From contig CAISKQ010000060.1 in NCBI GenBank assembly GCA_903885965.1, positions 21,220-85,219 on the forward strand: DNA of 64,000 nt. The letters are read 5' to 3'. The translations under genes were made by a program, and so were the position numbers. Positions 9,183 through 18,422 of this stretch are shown in pieces. Every line of letters begins with the position of its first letter. The first letter of the stretch is position 1. Source of the DNA: an uncultured bacterium. Its GTDB lineage: Bacteria > Patescibacteriota > Minisyncoccia > Moranbacterales > GWC2-37-73. Below the pieces are notes generated by a model. The model made no database searches and was not told the DNA's origin. It worked only from the letters and a program-made list of their open reading frames with translations.

Positions 9183-12100
9183 CTAGCTTGGGCTTGTAAA
9201 GAATCTACGCTTTGATTTATGATTTCTAAGACAATAAATTACGAAAGCAAGCGCAAGCACCATTTCAACTAGCAACACAAATCTGTTTTTTTCTGCGTTT
9301 TGTTCAGCAGTACTTGGATTTTCAAGGATATTTGCGGCTTTCCCTGTTTTCTGATATCCATTTGGAAACGCCAATTTTCCAAGTGAGCTGGAAAAATTCC
9401 AATCATTAGTGGTTAGCAATTTAAGAAAAGAATTTTTTTGCCAATCAAATTGAAAAGCAAGCATCGGTTCATCGTCATGAGAAGTGCCATTACCCATATT
9501 CACAACTCTTTCAGCTGCCACGCCAAGAACCTGTTGGGGAGCTTGCGATTCTTGCAAAGAATTATTTTTCAAGCTGATTATCTTTATTTTTTCTTTTGAT
9601 TTTGTCACGCCACCTCTCTTGGCTTTGCTATTTGATGATTTAGTTTTTCTGGAAGATTTCTTTTTGCTGCTTTCTGATTTTTTCTTGTTCTCACTTGGTT
9701 GAACCACTATCGGAGTCGGCTGAGTTTGAACGGCAAGAACAACCGGGTCAACAACTGGCACTTCTGGATGTTGAACTTCACCAGCAACATCATTTTTTGG
9801 ATCATCCACTTGGCCTGGCCCAGCACCGCCACTTCCTCCACTTCCAGCATCGCTGCCGCCACCATTTTCGGGTGGCAATTCCAAATCACCATCTGCAACA
9901 TCCGCCACAACTGAAAATGCAGCACTGCTTTCTTTTTTGTTCCCCGCAAGATCCGTGGCAGAAATTTTCAAAACATGGCTGCCAATTTCTTGCTGCGAAA
10001 AATCAAGCGTTTCATCTTTCAATTCTTTGTCGTCCAACAAGATTTCCTTTTTTATTTCACTCGGTTTTGAAATATCATCAGAAACCTCATATTTTATAGT
10101 TATTTTTTCTGATTTTTTGTATTTCCCACCATCTTCAGGAATCTGTATTTTCAAAATTGGCGAAGTAATGTCGACTACAATTGGCGGATCAACAGGAATC
10201 GGATCTGACACCACTGGCGGTGGATCAGGCACAATCGGAGGTGGATCAGCCTTTTTGACAATGAAAGCCATCTCCACCCAATTCCAATTCTCTTTTTCAT
10301 CAAACGCACTAATTGAAAAATCATGCTGACCCAAAGCCAATTTTGAAAGATCGATGCTTTTTGCTGAAGAAATTTCATCGTCATCAAGATAAACTTGCGT
10401 ACCTATATTTTCTTTTTTCGAAACATTGTCTGAAACTGAAAAAGTTATTGGCAAAATTTGGTCACTAAGATACTGCGCGCCATCTTTGGGAGAATCGACT
10501 TCAATGCTTGGCGGCGTTTCATCTTTGAGCTGAACATCTCCAATTGGAGCAGTGTCACTTTTCGGATCAGTTGGAACAATCAAATTTTGGGTCTCATCTT
10601 TTTTAACTTCAACAGTTTGCAACTGAGATTTGTCATTGTCACTATTTTTATGATCGACATATTCCACTGCAACGTGATAAGCCCCATTGTCATTTCCCTT
10701 GAGAGAAATGTCATACTGGCCTTTTTTCACATTTGGCACAGATGCAATTTTGAAACCATCCTTATTCTTTTCCTGAGCATAAATCCCATCCGTAATTTGG
10801 CTGAGCTTTTCTGACATAATGAAGCCATCCGGATCGATAAGCTGCAACTCCGCTGGCGCATCAGTCCACACAATGATTTCATCATCAATGTCCGGCGAAA
10901 CAAAAATTTCATTAAGTTCTTCATTGAGACGCTGCGCAACAATTTTTTCTGATCTGCTCACAATTTCACTGTGACCATATTCCAACACGGCGCTGAAATC
11001 ACTTTTGACACTTCCAGAAGAAAAAAGGACCTCACCATCGCCGCCAGTGTCATCTTGCTTTGGATCAATCGGGTCAGGCTTGCCATCTTTCCAGAGCCCT
11101 TCCACGTCAGAATCAATTGTTGGAATTTTGTTCACGGTCGGTTGCTTGTCACCAAGAATCACACTCAATCTTGTTTTTTTGTTCAGCCTATCAATATCCT
11201 GATTCAAATCAAGCAAAAAATTGTTTTTTTCGACCATCGAAGCATAGCTTTTCAAATCTTGTGGATTTTTTGCTTGATAAAGATAGTCATAAACTGGCAT
11301 AAGATCTTTGAGAGATGGGATGAATTTATGAATAACATCAAATCCACTTGATTTAGCATTAGCTAATTTCAAATAATTTATGTAAGCATTCATAATCCAA
11401 CCACTTTTCCAATTTTTTGGAACATAGCCTCCTTCCCACATCGCATAGACATCGGACGAGCCTTTGTTTGGCGGAGCAATCATAATCAAATTGTCCACAT
11501 CGCTGGCATAGCTATTTCCTTGCACATAACTGCGCGCCACCAAACTTCCCATCGAGTGAGTCACGATGTTTACCTTGGTTGCATCACTGTTTTTGAGAGC
11601 CCTTTGAATGAGAGGCTTGAGATATTCCTGCGCTGACTGAGCATTGCTTTGGCGCCAATCATAATAGGCGATGAAAAAATTTTTGCCTTCGCGATAACCC
11701 ATCACTTGAAATGCTTTAAGAATTCCATCATAGGTGTGATCAAACATTGTCCAATTGTCAGCCAGCACGCCGGAGATCATCAAATCCGGATTGATTGAAG
11801 CGCCAATCCCTGGCACAAAAATGAGCGGCTCTTTGGGAATGGTCGGGTCAGTTTGATCCCAGGGACGAAACAAAATCCCCGAACTGAAAATTGTTCCACC
11901 CAATCCATCAGGATTTGACTGGTCCTTACCATCATAGCTGAGATATTTTGGCCCGCTAGGATCTCCCCAATAGTTGTATTGCGCATCAAAATGTGGAAAA
12001 TTGTAATAGTTAAAAGTTTTTTTGTTGCCGGATATTACACTGTTTCTGATTTTCGGCATCGCCTCCAGAAGAGAGTTGTTCAGATAGAAGGCGGCATCGT

Positions 12101-12713
12101 TGTCTGTCAAAGTCAGTCCGTCCATTGTGGGCTGAGAATACATCAATGATATTCCGGCAGAACTGCAAAAACTGATGCGACTATTTTTGATGCTTAACTC
12201 CTTATAGATAGCCACGGAAAAACTGTTGGAATAATTTATCCCAGTCATAGCGTAGAGAATCTCAACATATTCAAAAGAAACGGGGCTTCGATATTCAGGA
12301 TAAATTTGAATTTGGCTCCAGCTTCCTTCCCCAGAAGAATGTTGAGCTGAGCAAAATTCAGCCGTATTGCCGCCATAGGACGAGTCGCAAGCAGAAGTAA
12401 AAATAATCTTGTCCAATGGGTCGCCAACCGCCTTGAAAGCACTCTTGATCGCCAAGGCAGGAATTGTTGGTTTGCTGTCACTTTCATAGTTTTGAAACTT
12501 TATCACCGTTCCAGCTTCAATGACAACAGGCGCCTTGACGGCGATTGAATTGCGAATGATATAGGGACTTTTTTCCTTGGTCCACGTTTCTGGATTGATG
12601 ATGTCATTTGAAACCAACACCAGCGCGCTGACATTGGCAGCGCCCAAAAATGTCCAGACAATGATGGCCATTTGAATGAAAAGCAAGAATTTTTCTTTCT
12701 TTTTCATATTCAA
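9183..12713 (-). CDS. Large surface protein: beta-helix, alpha/beta-hydrolase (LCAT/PGAP1-like lipase), Ig-like repeats, C-terminal membrane anchor
   Basis: Signal peptide; FVPGIG, YDWRQS, VTHSMGS, PPNKGS, GDGEV, GHSEIV; Pro/Gly-rich linkers; TM plus basic tail. Confidence 0.85.
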   Translation of the reverse strand: MNMKKKEKFLLFIQMAIIVWTFLGAANVSALVLVSNDIINPETWTKEKSPYIIRNSIAVKAPVVIEAGTVIKFQNYESDSKPTIPALAIKSAFKAVGDPLDKIIFTSACDSSYGGNTAEFCSAQHSSGEGSWSQIQIYPEYRSPVSFEYVEILYAMTGINYSNSFSVAIYKELSIKNSRISFCSSAGISLMYSQPTMDGLTLTDNDAAFYLNNSLLEAMPKIRNSVISGNKKTFNYYNFPHFDAQYNYWGDPSGPKYLSYDGKDQSNPDGLGGTIFSSGILFRPWDQTDPTIPKEPLIFVPGIGASINPDLMISGVLADNWTMFDHTYDGILKAFQVMGYREGKNFFIAYYDWRQSNAQSAQEYLKPLIQRALKNSDATKVNIVTHSMGSLVARSYVQGNSYASDVDNLIMIAPPNKGSSDVYAMWEGGYVPKNWKSGWIMNAYINYLKLANAKSSGFDVIHKFIPSLKDLMPVYDYLYQAKNPQDLKSYASMVEKNNFLLDLNQDIDRLNKKTRLSVILGDKQPTVNKIPTIDSDVEGLWKDGKPDPIDPKQDDTGGDGEVLFSSGSVKSDFSAVLEYGHSEIVSRSEKIVAQRLNEELNEIFVSPDIDDEIIVWTDAPAELQLIDPDGFIMSEKLSQITDGIYAQEKNKDGFKIASVPNVKKGQYDISLKGNDNGAYHVAVEYVDHKNSDNDKSQLQTVEVKKDETQNLIVPTDPKSDTAPIGDVQLKDETPPSIEVDSPKDGAQYLSDQILPITFSVSDNVSKKENIGTQVYLDDDEISSAKSIDLSKLALGQHDFSISAFDEKENWNWVEMAFIVKKADPPPIVPDPPPVVSDPIPVDPPIVVDITSPILKIQIPEDGGKYKKSEKITIKYEVSDDISKPSEIKKEILLDDKELKDETLDFSQQEIGSHVLKISATDLAGNKKESSAAFSVVADVADGDLELPPENGGGSDAGSGGSGGAGPGQVDDPKNDVAGEVQHPEVPVVDPVVLAVQTQPTPIVVQPSENKKKSESSKKKSSRKTKSSNSKAKRGGVTKSKEKIKIISLKNNSLQESQAPQQVLGVAAERVVNMGNGTSHDDEPMLAFQFDWQKNSFLKLLTTNDWNFSSSLGKLAFPNGYQKTGKAANILENPSTAEQNAEKNRFVLLVEMVLALAFVIYCLRNHKSKRRFFTSPS

Positions 12714-12731
12714 TATCCCCCCGTTTGAAAA

Positions 12732-13160
12732 CTAAAGATAAGTGTGCAATTGATTAAACGCTTGAGGCAAAAGCACAAAAGCCCAAAAGGCGAAAAGCGA
12801 AACAAACAATGCGGCCGACAAAATCAACGCCACCAGAAAAGTTTTAACAGTGAATTTGTTTTTTGCAATTTTTGTGAAAATGAATGGTGAAATCACGACA
12901 AGAAAAATGACAATGTAACTTGCATAATCTAGGGAATCATAAAAAAAATAGTATGCATCAGCATTTATTTTTGCCATCAAATTTTTAATCAACTGATATA
13001 AAAAGCAAACATAAATAAAAAGAAAAATAACCGTAGTTATCGAACTAGCAACCAAATACCTCACAACGCTTTTTTCTTTTAAAAATCTCAACCAAAAAAA
13101 TGGCGAGATAATTGCTCCTGCAAAAGCAAAGGATGCGAGGGTTATTAAGATGGTTTTCAT
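12732..13160 (-). CDS. Four-TM membrane protein
   Basis: Hydrophobic ORF directly upstream of the lipase gene. Confidence 0.7.
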   Translation of the reverse strand: MKTILITLASFAFAGAIISPFFWLRFLKEKSVVRYLVASSITTVIFLFIYVCFLYQLIKNLMAKINADAYYFFYDSLDYASYIVIFLVVISPFIFTKIAKNKFTVKTFLVALILSAALFVSLFAFWAFVLLPQAFNQLHTYL

Positions 13161-13230
13161 TTTTTTGAGAAGACAAATCTATATTGATATTATATCACAA
13201 GATGCTGCAAAGTCCACATGCCTTTCATCC

Positions 13231-14007
13231 CTAGATTTCTTCGGCGATTCGTGGGGCAAGTTTGTTGTAGGAAAAAATTCCAAGACCAAAAAATGCGAGG
13301 ATTGTGATGATGAAGATAAATGTTTTCCAAGGATCTGCGAAATGGTTGTTAATGAGTCCCTCTTTGGAAAAATGGATAATGAAAGCCATAGGATTTAGCA
13401 GCATTATTTTCTGAATTTTTTCCGGCATCATTTGCAAGGAATATACAATCGGACTGGCATAAAAAAGAATTGAGAGCAAAACTTCCCAAATCATTGAAAG
13501 GTCCCGAAATTTCACATATAGTGGCGCAGTCAGCAGCGAAAATCCCACAATGATGACATAGGTGAAAATCAAAAACATCACAAAAAGAGCCACTGCTTGA
13601 AAACTCGGCAAAAATTTGTTCAGCGCAAAAAAGAAAATAATAACCAGAATGTTCATCAGAAAAACCAAAGCTGAATTGATGGTTGAAGCAATGATAATTG
13701 TCCAGCGCGGAACATAAATCTTGGTGACCAATTGAGATTTTGAAAGCAGCGAACTCATGCCGGCCATAGTGCCTTCTGAAAAAAAGTTAAACAAAATAAT
13801 GCCAACCAACAATTGCAAAGAATAGTACGGGATGCCATTTCCGCGGGCGTTAAACAAGGAAGAAAACACGAAATTCAAAATCGAAAACATCAGCAGCGGC
13901 TTAAGAATCGCCCAAAGGTAACCCAAAACAGATCCGTGATAACGAAGTTTGAAATCAGTTTTTGCCAAAGCCCAGATGAGCTCTCTGTAATTCTCATGTT
14001 TCTGCAT
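13231..14007 (-). CDS. wzm: Polysaccharide ABC exporter permease
   Basis: DFKLRYHGSVLGYLWAILKPL, FRDL, FYASPIVY, LLNPM. Confidence 0.93.
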   Translation of the reverse strand: MQKHENYRELIWALAKTDFKLRYHGSVLGYLWAILKPLLMFSILNFVFSSLFNARGNGIPYYSLQLLVGIILFNFFSEGTMAGMSSLLSKSQLVTKIYVPRWTIIIASTINSALVFLMNILVIIFFFALNKFLPSFQAVALFVMFLIFTYVIIVGFSLLTAPLYVKFRDLSMIWEVLLSILFYASPIVYSLQMMPEKIQKIMLLNPMAFIIHFSKEGLINNHFADPWKTFIFIITILAFFGLGIFSYNKLAPRIAEEI

Positions 14008-14015
14008 ACAGGGTA

Positions 14016-14531
14016 GTTTTAGTTAAAGTTTAAAGTTTTAAATCAGTTTCAATTGAACTTATCTGCGAGTCATCAGTCACTTGTCATCAGTCATCTTTTT
14101 TTGAACTGATGATATGAAACTGTTTATTTGTTTATTTAAATTTTCGTATTTTATAAAAATTTTTCTAGCATCATCTTTGCTAAGATACCCCAGATCCTGA
14201 GAAAGAAACAAGAAATTTTGAACTTCACAAGAAGATCCTCTGGCAGTGTAGTAAAACTTTATTTTTTCCTTGTAGTGAAATCTTCCGAATCCTTCTGCGA
14301 TATTGGCACCCACAGATGATGAGGCTCTTCGCATCTGATCAATTATCCCATAACTTTCTCTCTTAGGAAAGCCATCTGTCAATTTATAAATCTCGATGCA
14401 CATCAAATTTGCATTCTTCCAAACTTCCAGATCATAAAAATGCATTTTTGATGACTGATTACTGATTACAGATGACATATAGCTTATTATTCAAATTTGA
14501 TTTAAAATTTAAAACTTTAAACTTAAAACTA
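14016..14531. mobile_element. Putative cassette: four-helix-bundle gene between nested inverted heptamer-repeat arms
   Basis: Inner arms (GTCATCA)n 14069-14095 and (TGATGAC/TGATTAC)n 14449-14478; outer AT-rich arms 14016-14055 and 14490-14531. Confidence 0.55.
14077..14478 (-). CDS. Four-helix-bundle protein (23S rRNA IVS protein-like, TIGR02436 type)
   Basis: FYDLEVW, FPKRESYGIIDQMRRASSSVGANIAEGFGR, ARGSSCE. Confidence 0.92.
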   Translation of the reverse strand: MSSVISNQSSKMHFYDLEVWKNANLMCIEIYKLTDGFPKRESYGIIDQMRRASSSVGANIAEGFGRFHYKEKIKFYYTARGSSCEVQNFLFLSQDLGYLSKDDARKIFIKYENLNKQINSFISSVQKKMTDDK

Positions 14532-14546
14532 TTTAGGCCCTATGGT

Positions 14547-15503
14547 CTAATAAAGTTGTTTATTTTCCAAATACCAAGCGATGAAAATTTCCATCCCTTT
14601 TTCAATTTTAACTTTTGGTTTGTAATTAAGCAAGTTTCCAGCCTTGGTAAGGTCGGCAAAGGTGATTGGCACATCTCCGGGTTGAGCTGGATGTTGCTTG
14701 ACACAAGCAGTCTTGCCAAGAATTTTTTCGATGATTGCAATGAATGAGTTCAAATCAATCGTGTCAGAATTTCCCAAATTGAAAATTTCATAGCCCAGAA
14801 TTTTGTCGACGGCCGACACCACGCCATCAACCAGATCATTAATGAAAGTGTAATCTCGTCTGGTTGAGCCATCTCCAAATCTTTTCACTTCCTTGCCCTC
14901 ATCAATCCATTTCGTAAACAAAAAGGGCGCCATATCAGGCCTGCCTCCGGGACCATAGACAGTAAAGGGACGCACCACATTGACATTGAGGCCGTACAAA
15001 TGGTGATAAGTGTAGCCCAGAAGCTCCGTAGCCTTCTTGGTGGCCGCATAGGGTGAAATGGGATTATCCACCGGGTCTGTTTCGCAAAATGGCACTTTGG
15101 GAGAATTTCCATAGACCGAAGAGGAGCTAAAGAGCACAAAATTTTCAATAGCAAATTCCTTGGCAAGATGAAGCAAATTAAGCGTGCCTTTCACGTTGGT
15201 GTCCTCATAGATAAAAGGATTTTCAATGCTTGGCCGCACGCCAGCCCTAGCAGCCGCATGCACAACTCTTTGAATTTTCTCTTTTTCAAAAATACCTTTC
15301 AAAAATTCGTAATCTGTAATTGTTCCGCGATAAAGAGTGTAATTTGAATTTTCGGCAAACTGCGCAACGTTACGCTGCTTTATTTCAGGAGAATAATAAT
15401 CATTAAATTCATCTACGCAAACTACGCTGTCTCCGCGCTGCAATAATTTTTTGGTGACATTGCTGCCGATGAAGCCGGCGCCACCAGTAATTAGAATTTT
15501 CAT
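14547..15503 (-). CDS. NAD-dependent epimerase (UDP-glucuronate 4-epimerase-like)
   Basis: GGAGFIG, AGVRPS, SSSSVYG, YAATK, GRPDMA, QPGDV. Confidence 0.92.
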   Translation of the reverse strand: MKILITGGAGFIGSNVTKKLLQRGDSVVCVDEFNDYYSPEIKQRNVAQFAENSNYTLYRGTITDYEFLKGIFEKEKIQRVVHAAARAGVRPSIENPFIYEDTNVKGTLNLLHLAKEFAIENFVLFSSSSVYGNSPKVPFCETDPVDNPISPYAATKKATELLGYTYHHLYGLNVNVVRPFTVYGPGGRPDMAPFLFTKWIDEGKEVKRFGDGSTRRDYTFINDLVDGVVSAVDKILGYEIFNLGNSDTIDLNSFIAIIEKILGKTACVKQHPAQPGDVPITFADLTKAGNLLNYKPKVKIEKGMEIFIAWYLENKQLY

Positions 15504-15559
15504 GTATTTTAAATATGTTCTATCTATAGGACATACGGGTCAGATAGGACATATGCTAC

Positions 15560-16798
15560 TTATTTTTTTAACTTAGTTCTCAAATATTCATAATAATCCT
15601 CATTCTTTGCATTTGCAACGGTATATCTTTCAAGCGCTTTTTCGTGAGCTTTTTTTCCCATCGATTTTCGCAAATCTTTGTCGAGAACAAGTTTTTCAAG
15701 TTTTTCAAACCACTCTTGCGTACCATTTGCCACAAAACCATCTACGCCGTCTTCAATAGCTTCCTTGAATGTTTGCGTGGCAGCTGCCAGTGTTGGAACT
15801 TTGACGATTCCGGCTTCAAAAAATTTAAGTTCCGACTTAGATTCGCAAAAAGGATTTCCAATTTCAAGCGGAGCAATATTGATATCAACATTTGCAATAT
15901 TAGCAAAATGCTCCTTGCGAGGAACTTGTGCTAGTTTTTTTATTCTTTCACCATATTTGTTCAATTTGCTTTCAATGTCCAAAGGTCCGGCAAGAAACAA
16001 TTCGACGCTGGGATATTTTTCCATGATTTGCATCAGCGCATCAGTGACAGTTGCGAAGTCTTTGTTGTGACTCGGCGCACCGGAGAAATAGCCAATCGAA
16101 ATAGCTTCCTTAGCTTTTAGCTTATTGGGCTTTAGTTTTTTAGTTTCCTGGATATTATCAGAATTTCTGTTGATGACTGATGACTTATGACTGATGACTT
16201 CATTCGCCGTTTCGATATCCGCCTTTGAAAGCTTATTTGGCACCAGGAAAACTTTCTTGCCACGACCGGCAAGTTTTTCAGCCAAAAAAGTTGTGCTGGT
16301 GGTTGCAACTTTCACATAAGGATCAGCCAAAATTTCGCCACCAACTCCATTTTCATAAAGTTTTTTTTCAAGCGGATTCATAACTTTGAAATAATCCATA
16401 TACTCCAAATATTTCGGATCATAAACCAGGTCGTCTGTTTCAAAAATGATCTCCTTTTTTTGCTGCTTAATTTTCTCAATCATTTTTTTCACACTTGGTG
16501 AAAACAAAACCCTGTGAAAAATAAATACATCAAACTTGTCGACATAGGAGGGAATCAGCGGATTATCCTGAACCGTGATTGAACATTTAAAGCCTTTTGA
16601 TTCAAGTTCTTCACTGACATGATGGGCTCGATAACGAGCACTGTCGCCAACTCCGCCAATCACAAAAAGAATTTGACCCTTGCCAACAAAACGAAAAAGC
16701 GAAAAGAAGGCGAGAAGCACGCGTCTTCCGCCCGCAAGAATTCCCTCTCGCTGAATCGCCGTAAACGCTTTTCCGATTTTGATGAAGATTAGTTTCAT
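15560..16798 (-). CDS. GT-B glycosyltransferase with a repeat-derived insertion
   Basis: IGYFSG..SH..DF, DINIAPL..NPFCESKSELKFFEA; low-complexity insert at ~16100-16200. Confidence 0.85.
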   Translation of the reverse strand: MKLIFIKIGKAFTAIQREGILAGGRRVLLAFFSLFRFVGKGQILFVIGGVGDSARYRAHHVSEELESKGFKCSITVQDNPLIPSYVDKFDVFIFHRVLFSPSVKKMIEKIKQQKKEIIFETDDLVYDPKYLEYMDYFKVMNPLEKKLYENGVGGEILADPYVKVATTSTTFLAEKLAGRGKKVFLVPNKLSKADIETANEVISHKSSVINRNSDNIQETKKLKPNKLKAKEAISIGYFSGAPSHNKDFATVTDALMQIMEKYPSVELFLAGPLDIESKLNKYGERIKKLAQVPRKEHFANIANVDINIAPLEIGNPFCESKSELKFFEAGIVKVPTLAAATQTFKEAIEDGVDGFVANGTQEWFEKLEKLVLDKDLRKSMGKKAHEKALERYTVANAKNEDYYEYLRTKLKK

Positions 16799-16864
16799 AT
16801 TGATTTAGTAAAAAACGAATTGAGTTTTATATTAACGCATTAAATAATTATAGCTTATCTAAGG

Positions 16865-16936
16865 GTCATCGGTCATTTGTCATCAGTCATCCTTAAGCAT
16901 GGGATTGTCTAATGACTGATTACCGATGACTGATTA
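16865..16936. repeat. Empty copy of the four-helix-bundle cassette arms
   Basis: Left arm 25/27 identical to 14069-14095; right arm resembles 14451-14475; ~20-bp spacer instead of a gene. Confidence 0.8.
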
Positions 16937-16998
16937 TTACCATTTTAATGCTAAAATCCAAAGTCCTAAAAAAATTCGAAATTATTTCCGATAATTGA

Positions 16999-18408
16999 TT
17001 ACTGATTATTATATTGTAAATTCAAATCATTAAGCAAGGTTTGCTGTTGAGAATATTGCTTCCCATCCTTCATTTTGACGTGCACGGTTACTGGAATCTT
17101 TCCTGCACCAGATTGCTTTTGAATAAGCAACCTATAGTTATCCGAAGTTATTGTGTCGGGTAAGGTGTACACTATTTGACCATCAACCTGCGTACCCATC
17201 ACCACATCAACCTTGAAACCGAAATATGTTTTGTTAAATTCATCTGCAGTAGTGATGCGACTGACCATATGATTGGAAACAAACGTCGAACCTTGCGGAA
17301 CATAGACGCGCAGATAGGCATGATAATCACTGGTTCGCCAATCTCCACCGGGCGCGGTATTTTTATATTTGAGGTTAAGTGTTACGGTTGGCTTTGGTTG
17401 AGTAAAATCAATATCATAATTTATCTCTTGACGCATATAGAAGTTGGTTTTCAGTGCACCCATATTTGCATCAACTGCCATGAGATAGTCACCGCCCCAA
17501 TCTTTTGGAACTGTTCCATCCCAATGAACGCTAGCGGCAGCTCGTTGCAAGGCTTGATCGTTGAAATTGAGCATCACGTCTCTATTTTTCATTTCATTGT
17601 GAAACAAATCTGCAATTTTTGTCACATTTCCAATCGTAAGCAGTTTTTGTATCATAATTGGAGCCATAGTTTTCAAAATCGCCTTCCGATTCTGTGTGTC
17701 CAATTCTGGATTCATGATGTATGCTTTCTCCACAATTTCTTCCAATTTTCTTGAAGCATTTTCACTGTTAAACTCCCCCGAATATCCTGGCATCGTGATT
17801 GGACCGGTCAACGTAAAAAGATCATCAAAAACCTGAGAGTTTACTGCAATCACGCCATCGAATTGCTGCGTGTTTCCACCAGCAAGACGGAAAAAATACT
17901 TTGCTTTTTCAACGTTAGTCGGGAAATCTGGTGAGAAATTTGAATCACGGAATTTCCAATTTCGCAATTGCATCATTTTTTCGAAAGGAAATGGAGTTTG
18001 GACTTTTGCCGAGATTCGCTGGTCAAGCAAGTTCGCGTCTTCAACTTTGGTTGAAACAACGGTTCCGTTTTTGATTGACACAATCGCATATTGACCCAAA
18101 AATCCCCCACCTGGTCGAAGTTCAGCGTTGTTTTGAAGTAAAATCAATAACGTTTTTTCTTTGTCATCGTTTTTTGTGAAAACTGAAACGATGTTATTTA
18201 AAACTTCAATTTCTTTTTTTTCATCTGGTGGAATCGGCAAGAATTTCGAAACGCTACCAAGTGCAGAAAGCGAAGTTTTGAGAATAAGTTGTTTGTTTTT
18301 CATCAAATAAGTGAAAGTAAAATATCCGCCAACAATCACAACCGCAAGAATTGAAAAGATTACGATTTTCTTCTTGGTAAAAAAAGTTCCTGGTTTGTCT
18401 GTTTTCAT
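16999..18408 (-). CDS. DUF4012 membrane-anchored protein
   Basis: LLQNNAELRPGGGFLG, RDSNFSPDFP, IQKQSG. Confidence 0.85.
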   Translation of the reverse strand: MKTDKPGTFFTKKKIVIFSILAVVIVGGYFTFTYLMKNKQLILKTSLSALGSVSKFLPIPPDEKKEIEVLNNIVSVFTKNDDKEKTLLILLQNNAELRPGGGFLGQYAIVSIKNGTVVSTKVEDANLLDQRISAKVQTPFPFEKMMQLRNWKFRDSNFSPDFPTNVEKAKYFFRLAGGNTQQFDGVIAVNSQVFDDLFTLTGPITMPGYSGEFNSENASRKLEEIVEKAYIMNPELDTQNRKAILKTMAPIMIQKLLTIGNVTKIADLFHNEMKNRDVMLNFNDQALQRAAASVHWDGTVPKDWGGDYLMAVDANMGALKTNFYMRQEINYDIDFTQPKPTVTLNLKYKNTAPGGDWRTSDYHAYLRVYVPQGSTFVSNHMVSRITTADEFNKTYFGFKVDVVMGTQVDGQIVYTLPDTITSDNYRLLIQKQSGAGKIPVTVHVKMKDGKQYSQQQTLLNDLNLQYNNQ

Positions 18409-18422
18409 TGTTTGTTTTAAAG

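Noticed and set aside
14077-14478. DGR Avd or rRNA intervening sequence
   Set aside because: No reverse transcriptase, no TR/VR pair with adenine-specific differences and no rRNA in the window.
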